From Balanoglossus misakiensis (Eukaryota; Animalia; Hemichordata), in contig CM082580.2 in the NCBI GenBank assembly GCA_040954595.2, positions 7,232,390-7,296,389 on the forward strand: a stretch of DNA of 64,000 bases, read 5' to 3'. The notes beneath the pieces were generated by a model. The model worked only from the letters and a program-made list of their open reading frames with translations, was not told where the DNA came from and did no database searches. Within the stretch, counting starts at the first letter, position 1, and each line of letters begins with the position of its first letter. The translations under genes and the position numbers were made by a program. This document shows, piece after piece, positions 1-13,000 of this stretch.

Positions 1-915
1 ACAATGCTCTCTTCCTTTCATGAAGAGTAAAATTTCACCAGTATCCCTTCCCTTATAGAACATGAGTATCTGACAGCACATTTAAAATTTATACATTCAT
101 TTATTGTTCAGAAAATTCCCATCTGATGAAACAAGGGTGTTGATGTTTTTGAAATATAAAATTGCTTTTTTTCTTTGTTTACAAGATATTGCCGTTTTTA
201 TAAAAGAATCCTTTGTATGTGGATGGCAAGCTGAAGTGTTGCTGCCTGATGAAACTTAGTTGTATGGTGATGACAATTTATTGACACCCACCAACAAGCT
301 GTTTCATCAAGATGCATCATTTTTGTCACTAGTTTAAGTGAATTCTGGTCGTATCAAAGCTATTTTGTCAATTTCTGCTACTTAATCAATTCTTGTTGTA
401 TTGATTAAATGATGAATCACGCGACTTGAAATTTAAAAAAATCCAATGAGGAAAGAAATTTGGTACGGAAAAACTTTTGAATAAATAAACATGAAATGCA
501 AAAATTCAAAATTGATTTTAGTTCAAACCAGATAAAAAGAGATTGTCTTCCCTTGATAAAAAACAGTTTCCACCCTGAATAACAAAAATGCCATCTGTTG
601 CCAGTTTTTCAAATTGTTGATTCTTTCTGCATCAAAATTTAATAAAATCTACAGGCAGAGAATAATTCCTTTCTTGTGCATATTTATGTACTAACAAAAT
701 GATTGATTAGTGTGTGCAAATTACAAAACGGTAGAATATATACTACCAGGATAAAATTTTGAGTGCTTGTTTAACAGAAACCGATGACCCAACCTAAAAA
801 TAGTGGCATCTTCCACTTTCTCTATGTGTATACGGAATATATACATGACTCTACCCCTAAAGTGGAACCTTCCACATTGACAGCTTGTCAGTGACCCCAC
901 ATCTTGCCTTCCTAC

Positions 916-1125
916 CCCCTGGGACTGTCAGATTTCGGGTGCGAATCGGCGATATATATTCTGGCAATATCTGATTCCCCTGTCAGCGAATTCTCCATCA
1001 TCTGCCCCCCTGTGCCCGTGGTTGCCCTGGAAATCGAGAGTACGTCCTCCGTCGTGGAGTCAGCTGCAGGTCTCGCGGTCGTAGCAACAAGGTTTGCGTG
1101 TGTGTGAGCGTGCTTCCAATGGAAT
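916..1125 (-). other. Possible internal or first coding exon of an unidentified minus-strand gene continuing left of the window
   Basis: GC-richer 210-nt block bounded on the minus strand by ttttgctgtcAG and G|GTAGGA. It has an open frame (...MMENSLTGESDIARIYIADSHPKSDSPR). No family recognised. Confidence 0.3.
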
Positions 1126-4065
1126 CTGACAGCAAAACTGCGGAACTGAATGAAAAGCAGGCTATCATAGCCAAGAAAAAGGTACAGTTGCAGATTATCG
1201 TGTAAAACTAACAGATTTATCTCTGTTCCTCTCTCAGCAGTGTTCACGTATGTACCTCTAAAGGATTAGGTTCGTTTCTTAAGCTCTTCAGTTTTTAATC
1301 CCCGTTCCATCTACCGCATCAGTTTGGATAATTTCACGTCAGGGTCACATTTATCACAGACCACTTTATTGCTTCTAATACACGCACACTCATTGTGGTA
1401 GCCTGTGGAGACAGCATCGTGTATACATCTTATTAGCAGAAAATTATTTTTCTGAAGCAACGTGGATACAATGAAGTAGCCAAGGACGCAATTAGAATGA
1501 ACGTTCACCCCCTTTTCCTAGTACAAAGGTCCAGTTACGCCATTGCGTGAAACTAATATTGAGGTGAAACTAAAATGTGTTGGCAGATGGGTAAGGCAGG
1601 TGTAAATATTTTACTTTTAATTGGTACTATTACAAAAATAATGACATATGTAATTAATATAAATATCCCAATTCCAGCTATTTTTCATAATATGAAATTG
1701 GTTATACTGTGTGATGAAGCTCCAGTTAAGACATGGAGTATCTATAATATGTGTGGCTTTATTCAGGTGCAGTTGATTGATTCAGTATTGATTGTTAAAC
1801 AATTTGCATGCTTGTTAGCCAAGGCATTGCACTTGTTCTGGAGTGATACCTTGATACTGAAGATGTGTATCATACAAAATTCTTGGCTGTCTCAATTATG
1901 CTGTTTAAGATGACTTGATGACAAAATCAATACTTTCATCGGAAATCGGTCCCATGCGCATAGCTACGCAAATATTAGGCAATCCAGGGTTATAGTGTTT
2001 GTTACGTGCTAGTGATGCATTGACTGTGTCTCAACATGTAATGTGGGTGCAAAGAAATCAGCTTTTTTGTGAAAGGTACGTAAACAAATCATGGCAACAT
2101 TAAGTCAGTCAATTACCATATTGCGTGAGAAATTTAGGTTGTCATGGTAATGATCAAGGATGTGGTTTTATCACAAATCAGTGAAGTGACCTCAAAGACA
2201 GGATAATTTGCAGGAGAAAAAATGTGTAGAAAAAAAACACTAATTTACCTAGCATTGATTGGTTTTTATACAGGAACAAAAAAATTCACAAGTACATGCA
2301 GTTTAATTGATTTTGGGGAAGAGTTAGAGATGCTGGGAGGCCCTGTCCCCAAAATAGACCAGGTACACCCACCTGACAACATTATGCCATCATTACTTAC
2401 ATTGTTTCACGCAGACACTCATCACAGTATCATTTACTTTGTGTTCTCTGGAGAAGATTGCGATAATCAATAGTTGGTGTATAGTTCACATTCTACAACC
2501 CAGGAACTGCTGCAGGGTGTGTATGCAGTATAGTGGTTGTAATTCTAAGCAGTAACGGAATTCACGGGGTATGGAGATGAAAAGAAAAGAACTAAATGTC
2601 ACCAGGAATTTAATCGCCATTGTATCTTGAATCGTACTTCGGTAGATGAGTAAAAGAGATAAAATTGAGATGCTGCTGTATAATCACAATTACATCTCTT
2701 CCTTCCTGGCATCAAAGAGAAAATTCCAGTAGATTGAAATTGCCGTTGTCATGGGAATGAAAGCAGATTGATATTAAGTGTAAAATGTAATGCACCTGAG
2801 TTTGTTTCTCGTTTTACAGCCAGTAAACCGAGTATTAATTGGTAGTCGAATTTTACTGATTTCAAGTCCTATTGTGCTCGGTCCTCTTGAACCGATCATG
2901 TGCTACTTGCTGATAAAGTTCAGGTACATGTACTTAACTTTCAGAAAACGTACATAGAGTACCAGTGTGTATAGGGATGCTTATGTTTTCTTTGAAGGGA
3001 AACCGTTTCAGCGTACCACAAGGAAGACTAGATAAACTGATTTCCTGATTCTTGTCATGCCATCAAAGCAGAACTTTAGTCTGTGTAATCTCTTTTGCCA
3101 GTCATATTCAGCACACACTATGCATGTGAGTTGACCTGTGTGAAAATTGATCCCTCTGTGCCTTTGTTGGAATCCTTGATGCAAAACGTGAGACAGGGGA
3201 ACATCTTTAGCTGCTCTGTGTGAAAGTCTTCCCATCCTGAATATTTTATTAGCCAGGAAGTCAGGGAATTTGTGCACTGATAACCAAAGGCTAGAAGAAC
3301 CCAACATTGAGCTCAGTTTTATTCCGCGGATAGCATTTTAACTAGTGTGCATCCTACACAGCTAAAAGTTTACAGACATGAAACAGTCATGCCACATAAA
3401 TTTGTAATGTTCAGGAAAAATTCACAAGATTAATTGAAAGCAATCTAGGTGACCCGCTAGTAGCAGTACTGCCTGAAGATTTTAGATATTAATCATTCAT
3501 TTTGTATTCTTTAACAAGGATATTGTTATCTGCATCTCCAGGTTGCCATTGCAATGCCCTGTTACCATGGTAATGATTTAATGATTGCTGTGTTGTCATA
3601 GTAACAGTGGCATGATTGGAATCGCTACATTTTATCATTAAATACGAGAAAAAAATCAGTTTGGTCATAATAGTTTACCAAGTGAGCTATTTGTCTGTAT
3701 AGTTTTGTCTACTGTTGAAACTCACAGCAAGTGACTAAAATGGTTTATTCTGCAGGACTACTGGTGCAAGACATTTATTAAATATCTGGTATAAATCAGC
3801 CCTTAGTTGATCGAGGGGAAAATCTTCGCGTGAAATTGACAGACTGTGTCCTTTGACATAATCACAACTGTACAGTGTTTTTGTATTCATTATTTATACA
3901 GTCACTAAAATTCGATTCAAGTGTCTGCATGTTTACATAATTTTAATTGGTATCTGTTCGTTATAAATAATTAAGGTGTTGATCGCTTTCACTAATGACG
4001 TGTCTATAGTGCATTAATACCTCCTTGGCGAATGGAATGAGCTGAGTGAACGTAACATTTTCAAG

Positions 4066-4200
4066 ATGGCCGACAGCAACAAGGCAGAGGCTACCATAGC
4101 GACTATATCAGAGGCCGTGTCTGTGGCTGTTATCGACGCCTTTCAACTCCAAGTGCCTTATCCCTCATATCAGACATGTTCACCTTTCCAGCACAGACAT
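4066..4200 (+). CDS. SLC38A11: Candidate first coding exon of the SLC38A11-like gene
   Basis: CAAGATGGCC (YY1-like start context), 45 open codons (MADSNKAEATIATISE...), and a phase-0 GTGAGT donor compatible with the phase-0 acceptor at 7093. Confidence 0.45.
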
Positions 4201-7092
4201 GTGAGTCAAACAGGATAGTCAAAATCTGTGAGCTGTGTATCAGGTACATGTATTTTGGGTTTGGTTGCGAGTCGTCTGAGCCATCGACTGTGTAAGCATG
4301 CAGGAGCGAGGATATAACGAAAGTAATCATCTTCGTATCGGTATATTTATGTCTGTCTTGGGGCTGTCATCCCGAAACCTAATTAATGTGTATGTATCGT
4401 AGCATACTTATGTAGGTATTTGTGCAATATGTCAGCTGGAATTGTCAGCTGTGTTAAAGACGGTATCAAAATTATGCAGGTGAGTTTCTAGCCACCCAGC
4501 ACATATAACAAGATTGAGTCACACTTTCAGTTTGCTTTCAGACACAAAACCAGAATTAATGACATAAAAACGAGTATCATAAACAAATATAATAGCCATC
4601 CCCAAGAGAGCGAAAATTTGAATGTTATAATCAGACTTGTGCAGTAGTTCTTGATTCTTACGTTCCTTGGGTTCAGGTCCACTCAATCAAGATGCATGAT
4701 GGACATGCACAGATGAACACACTGCTGACGATAATTTAGAGTTTGTAAACTGATTAATGACAGATGTGTACGTCTTGAAAGATTAGTACAGATTCTAATT
4801 CATCTCTGGTCGCATGTCTGTAATCATGATGATAAATGTATATACTGCTGGAGCCTTGAAAAACAAAATGCCTTGTACTGTGCAGTTCCTCTGTGGTCGA
4901 TGAACTACAAAATGTAGTGTCTTAATACTGGATGTGGAAACTTTTTGTTATAGTACTGTTCATGGCCAAAGCCAGTTAACATGTGACCACATGCAATTTG
5001 TATCAGTGTCCCTGACTTTTCATTGAACAAACAATTTTCACAATTGGCTAATTTTTTCTGATGGCCAGTTATTTTGTGCTGGCTATTTTGTTCAATATTG
5101 CAATCCCTGTTCCATATTAAGATTCCTGGTGTTCTGCTAATGTCTACAAAACCTCTGTATGTGTAAAGACCATTGTTATCAGCAACATAGTGATGACTAT
5201 TTTGTGATGATTCAATTAATTGACAAATGAATTCAAGTCCAGGCAAGAATTTCAATTTTCAACAATAATAGTTCTGACTGCACGAACAACTGTACAGGCT
5301 GTTTGTTAATCATGAGATATAGGGTGGGCATATCATGATTTCATCTTCCTTTTAAGGGGTTCAAACAAGAAACTGCAGTAGATATACATACACAAAACAA
5401 ATTCATATCTTATGAGAAAAAAAAATAAAAAATAAAAACACAACAGCAAACACTTACAGCTAACAGCTTGAGCTTTAACCTACTGAAATAATGAAGACAA
5501 GTGTTGAAATCATATGTGAAATAATTGTGCACTGCCGGACCTAATTGCTGAAATAATTGTGATTCCCCATAGTTTTGAGCAGCAACACCAGGAAAGTGAC
5601 GGAGAAAATTGCTTGCGGATTATGGTACATCTGTCATCTTGCCATAAAAGTTGAAAGTGTAATGGACCAGAACATAAGTATGAAAAATTACTGGCAAACG
5701 CTCTGACAGGATGGCGTCGCTTGTATACAGCAAAGTGTTGATGTATGCTTCACTGGACTCTAGCCAGTTAAGTTCGGCTAGTGGCCCTAGCGCAGGTGTG
5801 CTTGCTGTATTAGGGTACGCACCTCGGTAATACGCTTCATCAATATTTAATCGAGTGGTACAATGGCTTCCTGTCCGTTTAGGTGAATGTTTCCGCATTA
5901 CACATCTCCCCCCTGATCACGCAAAAGCGTGGCGATTTTCAGTGATGGCGATGTGTGAATTCTTGATTTGGTTTCTGCACATCTGGGAATTCAGAGCAAA
6001 TCAGCTAGCAACTACCAGGGGGGGGGGGGTATTAGTTTTTTAATATGTGTCAAAATTGGCACTGAATAAAAGAACTCTGCTATCTCTACATGATTTTCTG
6101 TCCAGTAGCTGTGACTATATCACCCTGGCAAATTTTTTTGCAATAACAGAAACAGAATTGTTCCATATGATGATGAATTCCCTGGCAGAAGATCGGATGT
6201 GTTTACCTCATAAAATATTGAACACAGGATGTCTGCAGATTACTGTCAGCATGAGGGGCTTGTACATTGAAGCAAAGCGGATTGCATAAAATCAATAATT
6301 TACATACTTTGTATTGAGTGTGGCTAATGTCTGGATCCTGGCTGACAAAGACTTTAGACATGAGTGTTTCCGCTCATGTTGTCCGTGAATAGATTTAACA
6401 GCTTTTAATTTTGAAATATTCATAAATGTAATATGCAAAGTGAAATCGGGTTTTTTGAAAGACGTACTTTGCTGGAGGTGTAAACCAGCTGCCTAAAATT
6501 TGCCTTCATATTTTATTTCAAAGTTTCAGACCCAATATCATTTTAGCTTTGATATGAACTTCCGTTTCTTAAACATGGCAAAAATCGGCCATCTTGAAAT
6601 TTTGTCGACCATATGAGATTTTCCTCACTCACCTACGGGTGGCAAAAACCTATTTAAGGTAGGGAGAATTCCTTTGGCCCAAAGGTCAGTGGAACATGAC
6701 TTCCGAAATACCCAGAGAATTTACTTAAAACAATTGTATTGAAATTGTGCCATCTGAATGAAAAATCTTTGGAAACAGGTGTTTCTGGTTTTTAGCAGCA
6801 TTAAACATCACAGAGTGTATCGCTATTTTTAAAAATCAACTGGCCTAAAGTAAAATAAAAATTCTTTCCAAAATATGAGACCATATGTTACATATCACAG
6901 AAAAACCAAATGGCTCGTTGTCCTTCAGACATATTTATTTCCAAAGTGGAACCACTTTGTATCATGACAGTGAACCTTAATATAGAACCAAACTTTCAAA
7001 CATACGGTATGTGGTGCCACTTCGGAATTAATTCAAAGTTTGTTTACGTCTCAAGAAAAGTATTATAATTGATTGTTTTTTGCTTGTGACAG

Positions 7093-10000
7093 CTTGAAAC
7101 TACGGATGACAAGGCCCAGTTGGTGAAGAGCGATGACAGCGAAAAGGGAACCAGCGACGAGAAAGACAGATTCGGAAGTTCTTTACCAGGTGCCAGTCTC
7201 AACACTGTGAACAGCATTATCGGTTCGGGTATACTAGGTGAGCTAGTTTATCAAAATTACTTGTTAATTGTACACTATTTACAAAAAATGTGCCCAGTGT
7301 CTCTTGTAAGAACAATATAGCTAATACTTTCAGCCAGTGGAAGCAATATTGAAAGACTGGGTATTTTTAAATGGAATAGAGAAAAATAAACTTCTTTTGT
7401 TTTCTTCTGTGTGACAGGAATGCCTTATGCTATGAACCAAGCAGGATTGCCTCTAGGTGTGATTTTAATGATTATGGTGGCATTAGTTACAGGTAAGCAG
7501 GGCTGTCTCAAACAGTGTTTAACAAGTTTAAAAAAGCACTTCTTTATTTGGTGACTGCTTTGAATCACATTTTTGGGAGTAAAATATGAAAATTAATAAT
7601 AGAAAAGAAGATGTTTTAGGACACACGTTCAGTGGATGAACTCATACTAAGTCTTGTGTAGGGTATATCTCATGAAATATTGGAAAAAAATATTCATGAG
7701 ATTACCGGTACTAGATACTTACGAAGATACGGGTTATTGAGACTTTACACATATTGGCTTGCAACTGATCACTGGTGTGTGCTGATCTTTTTTTTGGTAC
7801 CTTTTGACACAACGGAAATCTATGTACACCTGTAAGACTCCTGTCACTTTCAATTTTCCATTTCTGCAGATTATTCCATGGTACTCCTGATCAAGGCCGG
7901 GGAACTCTCCGGCACGGGGAATTATCAAGATCTGGTGCATGCAGCGTTCGGAAAACCGGGTTACATCTGGTTGTCAGCAATACAGTTCCTTTACCCATTC
8001 ATAGGTAATATATCATCCGGTCAGCTCTTGTACAGATATCTTACACTTTGATTGCTAATTTATGCATTTGACTATGCAAACAGGATTTACTATACATGTG
8101 TATACCGGTATATACAAGCAGATGGTCTCCAAGGTGTACTAGCTGTAAAATCATGCAGTAACGATTCCCGATTCCCCGTAGTCAGCTTTAACATTAAAGC
8201 GCAGTGCTTTCTAGCTTTTAGACACTTGAAGTCAACCATTGCATATCTTAACATACGAGCATTAAGACTGCCTGTTCTCTGTTTCATATGGATTTCGTGA
8301 AAATCCATCTTCACTAAGGATTCCACTCAGAGCTGCACCGACATTCCGTACTTGAAATGACCCTATTAGATACAGCAGCAAAGAACAATCTGTATTGACT
8401 CTGCACCCGCTATGAAACATGTATATTGTAAAGCTGGCTCTGTAAAGATTTAAAAAGGGGGAAAGAATTATTGACTGAACGTGCGGGGGATTACAGTAAC
8501 TCTTGCATCCCAATCCTTTGGAACCTGTCCTGCAGACTAAGCGAAGAGTTGACAGCATCCCTTGAGACTTGGATGTGCCACTTTTGTTAGTTTAGATCCC
8601 CCTGCGACAGGTTATGATCAGACCAGAATAAAACATTGGTGATCTCTTTTCCGAAATTAGAGTTTTAATTCCAGCCAGACAATCCAAATGTCAATGATTA
8701 CCAAGGGAAAACTGGAACCAGGATAAAGTGGAATACATAAAATACTGATTTCATGACTTCAAAACTTTCCAATATATATATATATATATCCCTCCTGCGT
8801 ATTAAATAAACCTGGTTTCATTTCTTGTTCTGCGCAGCCATGATCAGCTATAATATTATCATTGGGGACACCATCACCAAGGTTCTCATGAGGATATTCC
8901 ACCGTAAGTCCTATTAAGCTCTTTCTACTTACCGAGGAACGTTGTTGCACCTGTGCTTTCACAATTTATCTCTCTGGGTATATCAAAGGTCAGGGTTCAA
9001 AGTTCAAATGTGAGGATAACTGTCACACCTCATTTGTGATATTTCAGTATTGAAAGACGAACAATATGTAGTATGAGCGTCGGAAATCTGTAGTTGCTTT
9101 CAGAAAAACAATTGAATTTTCGACTAAAAAAACTGTTGTACAAAGTGGTTATCTAGGGGATATTTTGTCAGCAAATCAAATAAAGTGATGCATGCGATGC
9201 ATGGTTCAATATCGTGCCTTTTCAATTTACGTGTATAGCCGCACTTAATAGGATGACTGAATGAACAATTGGACGCGAACCTACATCGTAGCATTCTGTC
9301 AAGCAAGCAATGAAATGTTGATCAGCTTCTCAGCCTCAATCATCGAATGTCAAATTTCCTCAATGCACACAGTATAAAACCTTGTTTGGATGTCGATGAC
9401 TAAGTTTGCCTGTATCATGATGAATGCATTCAATTAAATTGACTAGCACTGATGATATGTGTCATTGTTCGACATTTTGGCTGCAATTCACTCAGAATTC
9501 ATGCTGTCTGTATTTCTGTATACCCGTTACTTGTTCTTCAATTGCTAGTACGAAAAAAAAATTCCTAGAATGATCGATATTCTTCGTCAAAATGCTGCAC
9601 TTCTTAATTTTAAAATATTAAATTCTCCATGATGTCATCCAGTCAAATAGCCTAGTCCTAGCCGTATTTTGTCCGCTTGGGCAAATACGGCAAGGACTAG
9701 GCTACCAGTCAAATAATTCCTCAAAAATTGTAGTTCCATTCTTTTCTGAAATCTCAGAGAGCTATCCCTGCTTTCTGAAAGCAATGGATGAAATACTCAC
9801 TGTTAATTGACTCACTCTGAGTCATAAATTCCAGACAACATAAACACAATGTGTGATATTTACGACACAATTTACTGCATCATGTTAATTGCTACATAGC
9901 AAGGATATTAGGAATTTATATGGCATGCGTTACTGATTTGATTTTACTGGAATTAATTGTCCAGGGAATGACAATTTGTTGTATTCTAAATGTCACACGC

Positions 10001-13000
10001 TTTCCAAGCATAAAGTGACTGCATCTACATATACAAATGATCATTGTGTTAAAGATGGGTATGTTTATGCAAGTTCACATTCCCGATAAGTGTTGCTTTG
10101 TACTGTTCTGTGATATTCAAATTGCTTGCACTGTTTCCTCTCCCATACATGTGCCAATATTTGCAATGTCCCAGTACCTGAAGCAGATCGTGAGTATTTT
10201 AGTGGTCTTTTATTGGCAATCGGAATTAATCAAATTTACGTCTGTCGCTCTCCTTTGGTTTTGATGTTTTCACCTAGAGTTGCCTTTGGAATGCTGCACT
10301 TGAATTCTCCTTTCATACACTTCGATTATTTTTTCAACGTAAAATTTAACTGACATACAGTCACAGAAATACAGTAATACTCTAATACTTTCACATCTTT
10401 TTGTGGCTCCTTTCTGCCAGGAGAGAGCGCTGTTCACACCACGCTCAAAATGTACAATCACGGTTACCAGTAACTGTGTGGTACATGTACTATCGTTTGC
10501 ACTCTCAGCCAGAATTACTAATATATCGTGTGAATGTGAAACAGGCACAACATGAGACTGATTAAAAGAGTGGATTAAATTTAAGATTGCTTTTCTGGAT
10601 AGAATGTGAATTGATATGTGAACATCTGCTCTCTCTTGGCTGCGATATTGTTTAAACTTATAGGTGTAATTAAAGTATATGCAAATCTCTCTACTAAAAT
10701 CATTCAGACTTTTTTTTAAATAATTATTATTGTTGACATCAACATGTCTGTAAATCATATTTCACTCAATAAGTTTATGATAAAGTCTGTAATATATTCA
10801 TAATTTGTCTCTCAGTAATAATCAGTAATGTTTTCTATTATTTTCCTGTTGAATTTCCTTACCTTATGCAATGTATATCACCAGTTTATTAATACACTCA
10901 GTAAAAACAAAGTTAAGTGAGCTCACAGTCAAGTGAGAAAATTGGCAAGAGTTGGTTGTCTGCTGTAAAATTCTGTAAATTCTGGCTACTCTTCTCAGCA
11001 TAATTCACTTTCACTTTTCGTGAACTGAACAATTTTGCCATTATCACCCGTAAATCTTCACTCATTATCATTTACGCAATACAGATTTATTTGCTGAATG
11101 CATGTATTTTCCTTTTTTTTAATTTTGTTTGTTATGCTTCTTCAGTTATGTTTTGAAGTTGTGGGAAAATTTTCATAATTTTGATTTCTTTCATCCATGT
11201 CACTACAACAGCTCTAACCGTTGCTAGTAAGTAGCTTTGCCGCTTTTTATGTTTTGTTTGTTAGTTTTTTTTTTAATTTTGCTCTTAGGCTGTGCTAGCT
11301 TCTGTTATTGTACAGATTGTCATTGCATTAATTGAACAATTTGGCACTTGAATGAAATTTGCACAAAAATTTCCAAAAGAATTTTAATGTTACCTGAGTG
11401 AATATTGAAGCTAGGAAAAATATACCACAAATATACTTTTTTCAGTCAAAACACAAATATACTTTTTTCAGTCAAGATTTGAGTACATTGTATGATTTGC
11501 TTTCTATATTTATAAAGTTTACTGCAAGAAAAAAAACCTAATGACAAAAGTTGTGTGATTTATGTCATTTTCATCTTTCTTAGTGTATGGTGAAAAATGT
11601 TTTATGTGCTTGGAAAAAAATGGCCAGTCTGAAAAAAAAGGCCAAATGAAGGTGGAGCACCAGATCTACATGTAATTGTTTAACCCTCTGGTTGTAAGCT
11701 TGTGCCCTGGTGTTTTGGTTTGAGCTCACAGGGACAGTATGCAGACACTGGTCTGTTACTGGTAATATACCTCTGGTGACAGGCTGAATTGCACTAATTT
11801 TCAGCAAAAATGTTATGCTACTCTCAGCAGTTGGAAACAAAGTGTATATTTTGCAATTTTAACATTCTCTCTTTGTTTCTCTCCCGTTATTTCTCTCTCT
11901 CTCCCCCCTCCCCCACTCCACAGTGGGTACAGACCATGTTCTAGCGAATAGATATTTCATCATCAGCATTTCAACAGTACTAGTGACATTACCACTCTCC
12001 ATGTATCGCAATATATCCAAACTAGTCAAGGTGAGTCTACAAGTGTCAGTGGTTTTACATATCCTCCTTCGGTTATTGAAAACTCACCATAACCAATATC
12101 TAGATTTTAAAGTTTCAACTCCTGTGATTCCAAAATTTCTTTAACTGACAACATTATGCAATTCACTGAATGAGCGGATTTCATCCAATCTTCAAAGAGT
12201 GGCAGTAACTATCAGCTTGCCCGATGACCAAATTTAAGCCCAAGTTCACGTTCACGATGACCGTTCACGATAATCCATCACTTTATATTCACAGATTAAG
12301 TTGTCATAAGTATTGCGTAATTTAAGACACTTTATCACATTCATTCCCATCTCTATTTCTTTCAAATTTTGTACCATTTCACTCACTCATTTTTTCGGTC
12401 ACAAAACAATTTTTGTTTGTCAGTAGAATTTTGTAATCCTTCTAAACAAACTTTCACATATGGCACATCGCTACACACATTTGAACCACACACCCATTCT
12501 CCGTGCAGAGATTGTTGCGCCTGGATAATTCTAATCTAGCTAGGGGGTCGGTCAGTCCCCCTAGCTAGGTTAGCTACAATCTTTGTACGGAGAATGCCAC
12601 ACACCACCATATATACATGTTCATCCATACGAATTCACTGACTGCTAATTGTACTGTTTTGTTTTTTTTTGCACATTCACCGTCACGTTTCTCCCCAACT
12701 TTCTCTATCCACTTCTACACCTCTCTTCTCGGCTGCATGCTGCAGTTTTTCAAGGTGAAACACATCACGCAATAGGTTTCTTCTTTTACAAGACTGCTGT
12801 ACAGATTATCATTTTTGTGAATCCTCTGCTGTCGAAAACTGTCACTGCTGCGTGGCGCAATTAATTTAACTTTCATGTAAAAGTTGATCTGTGACTATTT
12901 AGAACTTCTGCAATCTTATAATCACTCTTTTAATAGGAGGAAATCACAATGAATCTGGTTGCATTTTTTGAGAAGTTTGAATTAAATTATGTATACTCAA

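Noticed and set aside
3008-3307. 99-aa minus-strand ORF
   Set aside because: No recognisable motif and no convincing pair of splice sites. At most it is UTR sequence.
10126-10353. Possible alternative SLC38A11 exon (ADREYF resembles ANRYF of exon 11924)
   Set aside because: Similarity is limited to a few residues and there is no suitably placed donor.
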